From assembly GCA_965116025.1 (NCBI GenBank), contig OZ220480.1, positions 1,024,001 to 1,088,000 of the forward strand: DNA of 64,000 nt, written 5' to 3'. Position 1 is the stretch's first letter, and each line of letters begins with the position of its first letter. The position numbers and the translations under genes are program-made. Of this stretch, positions 28,093 through 38,535 are shown piece by piece. The stretch comes from an uncultured candidatus Porisulfidus sp. GTDB taxonomy: Bacteria; Pseudomonadota; Gammaproteobacteria; Poriferisulfidales; Poriferisulfidaceae. The notes under the pieces were generated by a model. It saw only the letters and a program-made list of their open reading frames with translations. It did not search any database and was not told the origin of the DNA.

Positions 28093-28874
28093 GCTTCCCG
28101 CAGAAGCTCGGCCAGTTGGTCACCGGGATCGTCCGCCCGCATCAGGCTTTCGCCGATCAGAAAGGCGTTCACTCCGCAGGCCCGAATTCTGGCGATATCC
28201 CGTGCGGAATTTATGCCGCTTTCCGCGACCAGCATGGCGCTCGCGGGCGCTCGCGGAGCCAACCGGATGGTCGTTTCCAGATTCACCTCGAACGTTCGCA
28301 GATCGCGGTTGTTAATGCCAATCAGCTCCGCGCCTGCGGCCACCGCGCGTTCCAGCTCGTCTTCGTCGTGCGCTTCCACCAGCACGTCCAGCCCATGGGC
28401 CCGGGCGAGCGCGTGGAGCTCCTTGATCTCGTCGTCGGACAGGGCCGCGACGATCAGCAGGATGGCGGCAGCGCCCATAGCGCAACTCTCGTAGATCTGA
28501 TAGGGATCGAGGATGAAGTCCTTGCGCAAGATGGGCAAGGTGGATCCTCTTCTGGCCAGCTCCAGGATCACTCCGGATCCCTTGAAGTAGCGCGCGTCCG
28601 TCAGCACCGACAGGGCGGTTGCGCCGCCGCGCTGGTAACCGCTGGCGATGGCGGTCGGGTCGAAGTTCTCGCGAATCACGCCGCGACTTGGGGAGGCTCT
28701 CTTGATTTCGGCGATGACGGCCGGCTGGCCTCGCTCGATGGCGGCTTGGATCGCGTCGCGAAAGCCGCCGGGCGATGGATTCTCCCGCGCCATCTCCCGA
28801 AATCCCTCCTCCGAGACTTTTTCCTTTCGGCGCGCGATCTCGTCGCGCTTGCGCGCTAGGATCTCATCCAGCAT
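28089..28874 (-). CDS. trpC: indole-3-glycerol phosphate synthase
   Basis: IAEIKRASPS, SVLTD, LRKDF, GINNRDL, VAESGI. Confidence 0.96.
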   Translation of the reverse strand: MLDEILARKRDEIARRKEKVSEEGFREMARENPSPGGFRDAIQAAIERGQPAVIAEIKRASPSRGVIRENFDPTAIASGYQRGGATALSVLTDARYFKGSGVILELARRGSTLPILRKDFILDPYQIYESCAMGAAAILLIVAALSDDEIKELHALARAHGLDVLVEAHDEDELERAVAAGAELIGINNRDLRTFEVNLETTIRLAPRAPASAMLVAESGINSARDIARIRACGVNAFLIGESLMRADDPGDQLAELLREA

Positions 28875-29906
28875 TCGCGTTGGCCTCCTCCCGCTTCAGG
28901 CGCTGACTGACCCGCGCGAGCTGATCCAGTTTCGCGGTGGCCGAACCATCCTCAAGGAGGGCGCGGGCCCGCCGGACGCCGCAGGCGATGTCCGCGACCC
29001 GTTCGGCGACATGCAGCGCCACTCCAGCGTTTAGGCAGATCAGGTCGGCGGCGGGCGAGGGCTTTCCGGAGAACGCCTCGCGGATCATGGCGAGACTGTC
29101 TTCCGGGGATTCGGCGCGCAATCGAGCGGGGTCCACGGCGGCCATCCCGTATTCTTCCGGATTCAGCGCGTCGAGAGAGATCTCGCCTCGGTCCAGGAGA
29201 GCGAAGTCGGTGGGCGCGTTCAGGGAAAACTCATCCATTCCGTCCCGCGCGCGCGCCACGATGGCGCGCGCGCCGCCCAGTTCCGCCAAGGTTTCCGCGT
29301 AAGGGCGCAACCAGCGGGCGTCGAATAGCCCGATCAGCTGGTGCTTGGCCTCGGCTGGATTGGTTAGGGGTCCCAGCAGGTTGAACAGCGTGCGGGTTCC
29401 GATTTCCTTGCGCGCTGGCGCGGCATGCCGCATGGCCGGATGGTGCGTGGGCGCGAACAGGAAGCCGATACCGGTTTCTTCCACGCAACGTCGCGCCGAA
29501 TCCGGCTTCAGGTCAATGGCGACGCCGGCCGCGGCGAGCGCGTCGGCGCTACCGCTACGGGAGCTGACCGCGCGGTTGCCGTGCTTGGCCACCGTGACTC
29601 CCGCGGCCGCGGCGACCAGGGCCACGGCGGTGGAGACGTTGAACGTCCCCAAGCCATCGCCGCCGGTGCCGCAGGTGTCGAGAATCCGCTCGGCGCCAAC
29701 TTGGATCCGCGTGGAGCAGTCTCGCATGCATCGCGCGGCACCGACGATTTCCGAGACCGCCTCCCCCTTGTCGCGCCAAGCGATCAGCAGGGACTTGAGC
29801 GTTTCCTTCTCGACCTCGCCCATCATGATCAAGCGCATCAACGCCTCCATCTGGTCGGCCTCAAGGTCAATGCCGGCCTGGGCGGCGGCGAGGGCGCGCT
29901 CGGGAG

Positions 29907-29910
<4 letters not shown>
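28864..29910 (-). CDS. trpD: anthranilate phosphoribosyltransferase
   Basis: [38 protein letters not shown]; true start ATG 29910. Confidence 0.96.
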
Positions 29911-30479
<569 letters not shown>

Positions 30480-30494
30480 GATGGCGACTCCGGA

Positions 30495-31970
30495 TTAGCA
30501 GTAGCGGTCCGCGACCTGAAGCAAGGCTTGCGCCTTGTGCATGGTCTCGCGCCATTCCCGCTCCGGGACGGAATCGTAAACGATCCCGGCCCCGGCCTGC
30601 ACATGAATTTGTCCGTCGTGAACGACCGCGGTGCGGATGGCGATCGCGGTGTCGATGTTTCCGTCCCACCCCAGATAGCCAATGGCCCCAGAGTAGAGGC
30701 CGCGGCTGGTCGGCTCCAGCTCGTCGATGATCTCCATGGCGCGAATTTTCGGGGCGCCGCTGACCGTGCCGGCGGGAAAGGTCGCGCGCAGCACGTCCTG
30801 GGCCGAGGCGCCCGGCGACAGCTCGCCTTCCACGTTCGAGACCATGTGCATGACGTGCGAGTAGCGTTCCACCGCCATTCGTTCGGTCAGTTGAACCGTG
30901 CCCGGTCGGCAGATCCGCCCGATGTCGTTGCGGCCCAGATCGATCAGCATCAAATGCTCGGCACGCTCCTTGGGGTCCGCGAGGAGCTCCTCCTCCAGTC
31001 GCCGGTCTTCCTCTTCGGTCTCCCCGCGCCAGCGGGTGCCGGCGATCGGCCGCACCGTGACGGCGTCGCTTTCGCGGCGCGCGAGGATTTCGGGGCTGGA
31101 GCCGACCACCTGCACCGGGCCGAGATTCAGGAAATACATATAAGGCGAGGGATTGAGCGCGTGCAAGCCCCGATACATGCGAAACGGATCGCCTTGGAAG
31201 GGTCGGCTAAGTCGTTGCGAGAGCACGACCTGCATTAGATCCCCCGCGGTGATGTACTCGCGCGCCCTTCGCACCGCTTCCTGAAATCCGGCCTCGGTGA
31301 ACCCGGAGGCGAACGCGGATTTCCGGTTGGGCGTTTCCGTCAGCGGAGCCGAATCCGAGACGCTCTCGACTTGAGCCCGCAGTTCTTCCAGTCGCTGGCG
31401 GCCCGCTTCGTAGGCTTCCGGCGCATCGGCTGGCTGGTTGACGATCAGCAGAATCCGCCCGGTCTGGTTGTCCAGCATGATGAGCTCGGTGGATCGCAAC
31501 AGCCACAAGTCTGGCAGGCCGAGCGAGTCGTCCGGCCGGCTCTCGGCCAAGATCGGCTCGATAGTCCGGATCAGGTCGTACCCGAAATATCCGACGAGCC
31601 CGCCTCCGAAGCGCAGGTCCTCCGGGAGAGGGGCGACTTCGTGGCTACGCAGATAGCCTTCCACGAGAGACAGGGGATCGGAGGTTTCTCGGTCAATTTT
31701 GGTTTCGCCCCGCTCCGAGACGCGAAACCGTCCATTCTGGTACGTCAGCTCCACCGTCGTGGGCAAGCCGATGATCGAGTATCGCCCGGCGCGCGTGTGG
31801 GTCTCGCCGGATTCCAGTAGATAGCTACCCGGTTGGCCCGCCATCGGCGCGTATAACTCCGCCGCCGCGCGCTGGCCCGCGGGCAACGCGGCCATTAGCG
31901 GGATATGCGTGCGGCCCTCGGAACGGTAGCGCTCGAATCGGGCGCGGCTCAGGGTGGGGGAATGATCCAA
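30495..31970 (-). CDS. trpE: anthranilate synthase component I
   Basis: LLES, NPSPYM, SSPE, RPIAGT, KERAEHLMLIDLGRND, SGAPKIRAM. Confidence 0.95.
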   Translation of the reverse strand: MDHSPTLSRARFERYRSEGRTHIPLMAALPAGQRAAAELYAPMAGQPGSYLLESGETHTRAGRYSIIGLPTTVELTYQNGRFRVSERGETKIDRETSDPLSLVEGYLRSHEVAPLPEDLRFGGGLVGYFGYDLIRTIEPILAESRPDDSLGLPDLWLLRSTELIMLDNQTGRILLIVNQPADAPEAYEAGRQRLEELRAQVESVSDSAPLTETPNRKSAFASGFTEAGFQEAVRRAREYITAGDLMQVVLSQRLSRPFQGDPFRMYRGLHALNPSPYMYFLNLGPVQVVGSSPEILARRESDAVTVRPIAGTRWRGETEEEDRRLEEELLADPKERAEHLMLIDLGRNDIGRICRPGTVQLTERMAVERYSHVMHMVSNVEGELSPGASAQDVLRATFPAGTVSGAPKIRAMEIIDELEPTSRGLYSGAIGYLGWDGNIDTAIAIRTAVVHDGQIHVQAGAGIVYDSVPEREWRETMHKAQALLQVADRYC

Positions 31971-32554
31971 CGGCGGAACTCTTCGTTTGGCGTCCGCATT
32001 TTAAGCGCAGAGAGGAGGCCGGAGCCGAAAGCCGGTTTCATCCTTGATCGAAGGTCTCGTCCAGGACGATCTGGTTCAGGGTTTTTTCTCAGCCATCGCT
32101 CGGTGTAAGCCTCTCCGAAAGGGCACTTTGGCCGGTGTCGCATGCTTTCGAGAAGGAATTCGAGCGATACCAGCCGATCACGAAACCCGAGTCGCGTGGC
32201 GGCGCGCATGCAGGCTTTGTCGGGCCCGCAGAGACGCCAGAAATCTTTTCGGCCCAAGGCGTGCGCCAAAAGAGACCGTTCTCCTTGGTCGAGATGAATG
32301 CCAAGCGTTTTGATGGCGAGAGTCGCCCGTTCTTCTTCCGAGACAAAATGAATGGTTGCCAGCGAGGCGCGTAACGCCCGCGCGTCGATTCGCCGCTCAG
32401 GTGGGCGATTCCCGAATCCTGTTTGGGTTTCCGCCACGCAATCCTCCACGGTCTCAACGCGATAGTGGTTGGCCAGCGCTAGCCAAGTGCCGATTCGGTG
32501 GGCTTCTATGATCGCGTTGGTATCGAAGAGCACGCGGTCCTTGGGGTGTGCCAT
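31949..32554 (-). CDS. PIN-like domain protein (putative toxin)
   Basis: N-terminal VLFDTNAII; acidic residues in VAETQ, LDQGE and GPDKA consistent with a PIN fold; directly downstream of XRE-ImmA. Confidence 0.6.
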   Translation of the reverse strand: MAHPKDRVLFDTNAIIEAHRIGTWLALANHYRVETVEDCVAETQTGFGNRPPERRIDARALRASLATIHFVSEEERATLAIKTLGIHLDQGERSLLAHALGRKDFWRLCGPDKACMRAATRLGFRDRLVSLEFLLESMRHRPKCPFGEAYTERWLRKNPEPDRPGRDLRSRMKPAFGSGLLSALKMRTPNEEFRRWIIPPP

Positions 32555-32563
32555 GGCGCGTCA

Positions 32564-33673
32564 TCATGGGAAAACTGGGCTTTCCAATCCCTGCGCCGCG
32601 AACAATCCTTGGATGTCGCCGCTCGGCATATCGAGCAATCGGGACAGGCGTCGCGCTGAAATCGCTCCTTTATCGACCGCGTTTCCGAGCGTTTCCATGA
32701 AGCGTCGGGAAAACAAGGGAGGAAGGTCCTTTTCGCCAGAAGGCCTGCCGCCATTGTTTCGCAATTCGGAACGCGACAGAGAGTCCGTGACCGATTTCCG
32801 AAGATTTCCGAGCGCGACCAGGCGCCACATCAGGGCCGTGGACGTCACGCGCATCTCGTTCGCGACGAGGTTCAGGCGGTGGATTAGCTTCTCGTCTCCA
32901 AGATTGGACCAGTCGCCAAATCGTTCCAGCGCCTCCGACGGCATGAGCGTCGCGCTGGCGAAGTTGTTGGCGAGCCGTTCCACGCGGTTTCTGGAGCCCT
33001 CTCCGGCTTCCTCGATATGCTTGGGAGGCATGGCGTCCCAAGTCAGAAGATGGAAAAGCTCATGGGCGAGATCGAAATTGCGCCGGCCCGGGACCTCGCG
33101 GCGCGAAATCAACACGGCATCCAGATCGGGCAGGCGGCAGGCGGCGCCGGAGACGCCGTTCGTCGCGTCGACCATCAGGACCAGGATGCCCAACTTCTTT
33201 TCCATGATTTCGGCGAGTCTCGTCGCGGGCGTCGCTCCGAGCTCGAGCTCGCGCGCGAAGCTTTCTCCCGCTCGCATGGCGTCCTCGAAGCGGGAATGGC
33301 GGTCGAGACGCAAGGCGCGCCGCATGAGCGACGGTTCGTTTCCAGCTTGGCTACGCAACGTCCGAAACGCGGCGATCCAGCTTCCCGCTCTTCGCTCATA
33401 GGCTTGAAGGGATTCCCGGTTCACGTCGTTTTGGCGCCACGAGAAGCGTTCCTCGCCAACAAGCTGAAACGGGTCGGTGAAATACTCTATCGGCGCCTCA
33501 AGAGCTTGCGCCGCGAGCAACAATTCCTCGGCGGTGACGCGCCGCTCGCCAGTTTCGATGGCGGAAATCGTTTGCCTATCCTTGAAACCGAAAAGAGCTG
33601 CCAGCGCGTCCTGCGTCAACATCCTCTCCTCGCGCAACGCCTTGATCCTGCGCCCGATGATCGACTTTTCCAT
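32564..33673 (-). CDS. XRE-family HTH fused to ImmA/IrrE-family zinc metallopeptidase
   Basis: IKALREERMLTQDALA...TISAIETGER; RRNFDLAHELFH (HExxH); ERLANNFA. Confidence 0.9.
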   Translation of the reverse strand: MEKSIIGRRIKALREERMLTQDALAALFGFKDRQTISAIETGERRVTAEELLLAAQALEAPIEYFTDPFQLVGEERFSWRQNDVNRESLQAYERRAGSWIAAFRTLRSQAGNEPSLMRRALRLDRHSRFEDAMRAGESFARELELGATPATRLAEIMEKKLGILVLMVDATNGVSGAACRLPDLDAVLISRREVPGRRNFDLAHELFHLLTWDAMPPKHIEEAGEGSRNRVERLANNFASATLMPSEALERFGDWSNLGDEKLIHRLNLVANEMRVTSTALMWRLVALGNLRKSVTDSLSRSELRNNGGRPSGEKDLPPLFSRRFMETLGNAVDKGAISARRLSRLLDMPSGDIQGLFAAQGLESPVFP

Positions 33674-33711
33674 GATCGTTGGCCTCCATCCCAATACGCC
33701 AATGATATTGC

Positions 33712-33740
33712 ATTATATAAATCGCAAGGAAAAATTGCGA
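33712..33740 (-). promoter_or_regulatory. AT-rich promoter region with a TCGCAA-N7-TTGCGA palindrome (candidate operator)
   Basis: Inverted repeat 33722-33727/33735-33740; minus-strand TATAAT at 33717-33712 upstream of the XRE-ImmA gene. Confidence 0.5.
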
Positions 33741-33927
33741 ATCCTATGTTTCAGGGAAATCCGAGACCTGCGTGAATCCGTGGTGCGCCCGAGAGACGTT
33801 TCGCGCTCTCGCGGCCATATCAGGGTCGTTTCGCTCGGGGATGCCGAAGCGCGGGGTTTTCAGAGGCGGGTGGCGCGACCGACCGTCGAGAGGGAGGGCT
33901 TTGTTGGAGTGGCCGCCAGCCTGGAAG

Positions 33928-34134
33928 TCAGTTGTCCAAGGTTTCCTTTTTCGGCTCGGAGGAATCGTTGCTTTCGGGTTTTTCGTCCTGTCGAGACTTA
34001 GCTTGCATGGAATGCTTGAAACCCTTGATCGCCTCGCCCAGGTCGCTTCCTATGTTGCGCAGGCGCTTGCTGCCGAACAGCAACAGCACGATGGCCAAGA
34101 TTATGAGAATCTGCCAGATGCTGATGCCGCCCAT
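33928..34134 (-). CDS. tatA: twin-arginine translocase subunit TatA/E
   Basis: [40 protein letters not shown]. Confidence 0.93.
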   Translation of the reverse strand: MGGISIWQILIILAIVLLLFGSKRLRNIGSDLGEAIKGFKHSMQAKSRQDEKPESNDSSEPKKETLDN

Positions 34135-34321
34135 GTGTCCGTCCCGTCCGCCAGCGCGAATGGTCGCATTGTACCTTATTTCGCTGGAAGGGAAGCCCCG
34201 AAAAGCCGAGGGATTCACCAATATATTCGAGCCAAAACTCGACCATGCGGTCCCCGGCGCGAACCGCGCTCCACGAGCTTCCAGCTGACGGCCTGTTGAT
34301 TTCTCGCGTGGGCGGGCTTGT

Positions 34322-34993
34322 TCAGACTCGAGCGAGCTCGGCCCGCAACGAAGCGAGCGTGGCCGCGTAATCATCGCTCCCGAAAATGGCCGATCCGCAA
34401 ACGAAAGTGTCCGCGCCCGCCTCTTTCACGCTGGCGATGTTCTCGACCTTGATGCCGCCGTCGACCTCCAGGCGCGTCGCTCCCCCGTGGTCGTCGAGGC
34501 GAGATCGGACCTGGCGGATTTTGTCCAGCGTTTGAGGGATGAAGGCCTGCCCCCCGAATCCTGGGTTGACGGACATCAGCAACACCATGTCGATCTTGTC
34601 CAGAACATGGTCCAGGACGCTCAGGGGCGTGGCTGGGTTAAGAACCAATCCGTTCTTGCAACCAAGGTCGCGAGTTAGCTGAAGGCTACGGTCCACGTGC
34701 CGGGTCGCTTCCGGGTGGAACGTGATGGAGTTCGCGCCCGCTTTCGCGAAATCGCCGATCAACCCGTCTACGGGGGTCGTCATCAGGTGAACGTCGATGG
34801 GCGCGGTGACGCCGTGCTCGCGCAACGCCTCGCAGACCAGTGGGCCGATGGTGAGATTGGGGACGTAGTGATAATCCATCACGTCGAAATGGATCATGTC
34901 CGCTCCGGCCTTGACGACCGCGTTCACCTCCGCGCCGAGGCGAGCGAAGTTGGCGGACAAAATGGATGGGGCGATCTGGTTGGGGAGTGGCAT
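34322..34993 (-). CDS. rpe: ribulose-phosphate 3-epimerase
   Basis: [34 protein letters not shown]. Confidence 0.97.
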   Translation of the reverse strand: MPLPNQIAPSILSANFARLGAEVNAVVKAGADMIHFDVMDYHYVPNLTIGPLVCEALREHGVTAPIDVHLMTTPVDGLIGDFAKAGANSITFHPEATRHVDRSLQLTRDLGCKNGLVLNPATPLSVLDHVLDKIDMVLLMSVNPGFGGQAFIPQTLDKIRQVRSRLDDHGGATRLEVDGGIKVENIASVKEAGADTFVCGSAIFGSDDYAATLASLRAELARV

Positions 34994-35203
34994 GGCCGAT
35001 CCTCAGGCGCGCGATACTCTACCACTCTCGCGCCTTCGCGTCCGGGACGCGAAGGCGGGCGGGTACAATGAGCGCGACTTTGACGGCATGAGCGATTCGG
35101 GCGTGATTCCCATCAATCGGAGGTTTCCACGGAGTGGAATCGGCGAGAATTTTCGGTCTTTCTCTCGCGTCTTGGATAGCCTCTCGCGGGCCGCGCTCTC
35201 GCC

Positions 35204-35908
35204 GTGACCGGGCGCCCGCCGGAAAACCTGCCATGCTGGAGCTATCACGGTGACGAGGGCCCGGATCAGTGGGGCCATCTGCATCCAGACTGGGCGGCGT
35301 GCGCGAATGGACGGGAGCAGTCCCCGGTCATCCTGCATGGAAGCGAGCCCGTGTCGTCCGGGGACCGCCTCGCGTTTGATTATCGGGCCACGCTCGGAAA
35401 AATGAGCGCCAGGGCGCATACCGTGCAAGTGGACATGTCGCCGGGTTGCCAACTGGTCTTGCGCGACCGGGCTTTCTCGCTGAGGCAGTTTCATTTCCAT
35501 ACTCCGAGCGAGCACTGGTGGTCGGAGGCGGCGGATGTCGGGGAAATCCATTTGGTTCACGCTACCGATTCGGGAGAGGTCGCCGTGCTTGGAGTCGCGT
35601 TGCGACCCGATGGGACGCAGACCATTCCGAAATCCCTCTGGAGTTGGTTTCGGACGGCTGAGGCGGGCGAGGAGCGGACGCTCGACCCGACCGGTCTGGT
35701 GCCCGGGCGAGGGGGCTTTCTCGGTTATGAGGGATCTCTGACGACGCCGCCATGCACCGAGGGCGTGCGCTGGTTGCTGGCGATGGAGCCGGTAGCGGTT
35801 GGGCCGGAGGAGCGGAGTTGGCTGGAGCGGCGGATGGGGCGGAACGCCCGCCCAGCGCGCCCGCTCGACGGCCGGGTCGTGCGCGAAGTTCTGCGAGAGG
35901 GGTCATGA
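35204..35908 (+). CDS. alpha-class carbonic anhydrase
   Basis: WSYHG..GP..W, QSP, QFHFHTPSEH, EIHLVH, GSLTTPPCTEGVRW. Confidence 0.9.
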   Translation: MTGRPPENLPCWSYHGDEGPDQWGHLHPDWAACANGREQSPVILHGSEPVSSGDRLAFDYRATLGKMSARAHTVQVDMSPGCQLVLRDRAFSLRQFHFHTPSEHWWSEAADVGEIHLVHATDSGEVAVLGVALRPDGTQTIPKSLWSWFRTAEAGEERTLDPTGLVPGRGGFLGYEGSLTTPPCTEGVRWLLAMEPVAVGPEERSWLERRMGRNARPARPLDGRVVREVLREGS

Positions 35909-36567
35909 GCGCGCGCACGATCGGTCTTGACGATGCGCTTCACCGATACGTGCTGGACATCTCGGTGGATGAGGATCAGGTGGCCCGGGATCTGCGCGCC
36001 CGCACGGCGGAACTGGAGGAGCATCACATGCAGATCAGTCCCGAGCAAGGGCAGTTTTTCAAATTTCTCCTGAAACTGATGAACGCGCGGGACGTGATTG
36101 AGGTCGGAACGTATACGGGCTACAGCGCCCTGTGCCTGGCTCAGGCGGTTGGGGTCCGCGGGCGGGTGGTGTGTTGCGACGTCAGCGAGGAGTGGACGGT
36201 GATCGGGCGGGAGTTTTGGGAGCGCGCCGGAGTGGCGGAGCGGATCGATCTGCGCTTGGCCCCGGCGCTCGAGACTCTGGAGCGGATGCGTCAGGCCGGG
36301 GAGGCCGGACGTTTCGATTTCGCGTTCATCGACGCTGACAAGGGGAGTTATTTGGCGTATTATGAGAGTCTGCTGGATCTGGTTCGCCCCGGTGGGGTGA
36401 TCGCGGTGGACAACACCCTGTGGTCTGGGCGGGTGGCGGACCCTTCCGAGAAGGACCCTGACACGGTCGCTATTCGGGAATTCAACCGAAGGCTGGCGGG
36501 GGATTCCCGCGTCTTGGCGAGTCTGGTGCCGATCGGGGACGGCCTGACCTTGGCGCGCAAGCGCTGA
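35905..36567 (+). CDS. class I SAM-dependent O-methyltransferase (caffeoyl-CoA OMT-like)
   Basis: MQISPEQG, EVGTYTGYS, FIDADK, DNTLWSG, IGDGLT. Confidence 0.92.
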   Translation: MSARTIGLDDALHRYVLDISVDEDQVARDLRARTAELEEHHMQISPEQGQFFKFLLKLMNARDVIEVGTYTGYSALCLAQAVGVRGRVVCCDVSEEWTVIGREFWERAGVAERIDLRLAPALETLERMRQAGEAGRFDFAFIDADKGSYLAYYESLLDLVRPGGVIAVDNTLWSGRVADPSEKDPDTVAIREFNRRLAGDSRVLASLVPIGDGLTLARKR

Positions 36568-36598
36568 TCCATGAATTTCGCGAGCGAGGTTTCGTAGT

Positions 36599-38251
36599 AT
36601 GAAAGTGTCTGATTTGTTCGTCCGTTGCCTGGAAGTAGAGGGCATCGAGTACGTGTTCGGCGTTCCCGGAGAGGAGAACGCGGATTTCGTCATGTCCTTG
36701 TCGAAATCCGACAAGATCAAGTTCATCCTGACTCGGCATGAGCAAGGGGCGGCCTTCATGGCTGAGGCGTACGGCCGGCTCACCGGGCAGCCGGCGGGAT
36801 GTCTGGGAACTTTGGGTCCGGGCGCGACCAACTTGGTGACGGGCGTGGCGAACGCCAACATGGACCGCGCGCCGCTGCTGGTCCTGACCGGCCAAGGCTC
36901 GACGACCCGCCAGCACAAGGAGTCGCATCAGATCATGGACGCCGTGAGCATGTTCCGCGCGGTGACGAAGTGGTCCACCAGCATCATCCAGGCGGACAGC
37001 CTTCCAGAGATCGTGCGCAAGGCGGTCCGCGTCGCGCGTAGCGAGAAGCCCGGCGCCGTTCACCTCGAGCTGCCGGAGGACATCGCTAAATACGAGACGG
37101 ACGCGGAGCCGATCTCCCCGATCCGCTTTCGCCGGCCTGTGCCCCCGGCCGAGCAGGTCGACCGGGCATTCGACATGCTGCGCCGCGCGCGCCGCCCGGT
37201 CATCCTCGCGGGAAACGGATGCATCCGAATTCGGGCTAGCCAGCAACTGCGCATGTTCTGCGAGAGGACCGGCATCGGGGTAATCAGCACGTTCATGGCG
37301 AAAGGTTGCGTGGATATGGAGGAGGACTACTGTCTGTTCACCATCGGACTGGGCTCCAAGGATCTGGTGGCCTGCGCGATCGACGCGGCCGACGTGGTGC
37401 TGACGCTGGGCTACGACATGGTCGAGTACCATCCGCATCTCTGGAACCCGGACGGAGCCAAGACCATCATCCACGCGGATTTCCAGCCCGCGGAGATCGA
37501 TTACCACTACCATCCCGAGGTGGAGCTGGTCGGTGACCTGGCCCAGACTCTGGCCATGCTCAACGAGCGGGCGCGGGCCAACGGAAAGATGGACTGGGAC
37601 CTGACTCGAGAGAAAAAGGTTCGCGAAGCCATGCTTAAGGAGTTCGCGGCTTGCAAGGACGACGACACGGAAGGGAAGCTGCGCCCGCAGAAAGTGATCT
37701 GGGACGCGCGCGAGGTCATGGGCCCCTCCGACATCTTGCTGTCCGACGTGGGGGCGCACAAGATGTGGATCGCTCGCCACTATCATTGCCACGAGCCGAA
37801 TACTTGCCTGATCCCGAACGGATTTTGCTCGATGGGTTTCGCTTTGCCCGGCGCGATCTCGGCCAGTCTCGTGCATCCGAGCGCCCGAATCCTGGCGATC
37901 TGTGGCGATGGCGGGTTCCTGATGAACGTGCAGGAGATGGAGACCGCCCGTCGCTTGGGCGTGAACATCGTGGCGATGGTCTGGGTGGATGGTGGATACG
38001 GGCTTATTTCCTGGAAGCAGGAGCAGGAGTTCCACAGCCACACGGATCTGGAGTTCTCGAATCCGGACTGGCTGGAGCTGGCGCGGGCGTTCGGCTGGCA
38101 CGGGCACGTGGTGTCGGCCAGTCGGGATCTGAAGTCGACGCTGGAGGCCGCGTTCGCGGAGGAGGGGCCCTCCCTGATCGCGGTCCCGATCGACTACGAA
38201 GAGAACATGCGTCTCATCAAGCACCTCGGCGAGATCGTGTGCCCGATCTGA
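36599..38251 (+). CDS. acetolactate synthase large-subunit-like TPP-dependent enzyme
   Basis: FGVPGEEN, TRHEQGAAFMA, TLGPGATN, GDGGFLMN TPP motif; no small subunit adjacent. Confidence 0.88.
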   Translation: MKVSDLFVRCLEVEGIEYVFGVPGEENADFVMSLSKSDKIKFILTRHEQGAAFMAEAYGRLTGQPAGCLGTLGPGATNLVTGVANANMDRAPLLVLTGQGSTTRQHKESHQIMDAVSMFRAVTKWSTSIIQADSLPEIVRKAVRVARSEKPGAVHLELPEDIAKYETDAEPISPIRFRRPVPPAEQVDRAFDMLRRARRPVILAGNGCIRIRASQQLRMFCERTGIGVISTFMAKGCVDMEEDYCLFTIGLGSKDLVACAIDAADVVLTLGYDMVEYHPHLWNPDGAKTIIHADFQPAEIDYHYHPEVELVGDLAQTLAMLNERARANGKMDWDLTREKKVREAMLKEFAACKDDDTEGKLRPQKVIWDAREVMGPSDILLSDVGAHKMWIARHYHCHEPNTCLIPNGFCSMGFALPGAISASLVHPSARILAICGDGGFLMNVQEMETARRLGVNIVAMVWVDGGYGLISWKQEQEFHSHTDLEFSNPDWLELARAFGWHGHVVSASRDLKSTLEAAFAEEGPSLIAVPIDYEENMRLIKHLGEIVCPI

Positions 38252-38255
38252 CCGG

Positions 38256-38331
38256 TGGCGCCCCCAGGTGGATTCGAACCACCAGTCCGGGATTAGGAAT
38301 CCCGTGGTTTATCCGCTTAACCGATGGGGGC
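38256..38331 (-). tRNA. tRNA-Arg (anticodon CCT)
   Basis: Reverse complement GCCCCCA...CGGGA-TTCCTAA-TCCCG...GGTTCGAATCC...TGGGGGC-G-CCA, 76 nt; TAGAAT -10 at 38350-38345. Confidence 0.93.
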
Positions 38332-38466
38332 GAATCGGGATCGATTCTAGCAGGAGAGACACGCCACGACAGCTCCTTAAAGATCTCCGAGCTAATCGAT
38401 TCTGACGGTTTTCGCCTGTCCAGTAATATCGCGCGCTCGGCGGGATCGATTCGGCGCGATTTTGGT

Positions 38467-38495
38467 TTGGAAGCGCGCGGGCGCTGGGGTATAAT
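38467..38495 (+). promoter_or_regulatory. sigma70-type promoter of the autotransporter
   Basis: TTGGAA (38467-38472), 17 nt, TATAAT (38490-38495). Confidence 0.6.
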
Positions 38496-38535
38496 GTGCG
38501 GCCATCCGAGATTGATCCTTGAAGAGGGACGAATA

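Noticed and set aside
38325-38347. Weak resemblance (tgggggcgaatcgggatcga) to the tRNA-Val 3' end (tggtgggcgatgctgggatcga) as a possible att site
   Set aside because: Needs several indels and overlaps the tRNA-Arg 5' end and promoter; likely coincidence.
37651-38535. N-terminal ~295 aa of the 1362-aa ORF in the track
   Set aside because: It overlaps the acetolactate synthase gene in another frame and crosses tRNA-Arg. Promoter, RBS and signal peptide place the autotransporter start at 38536.
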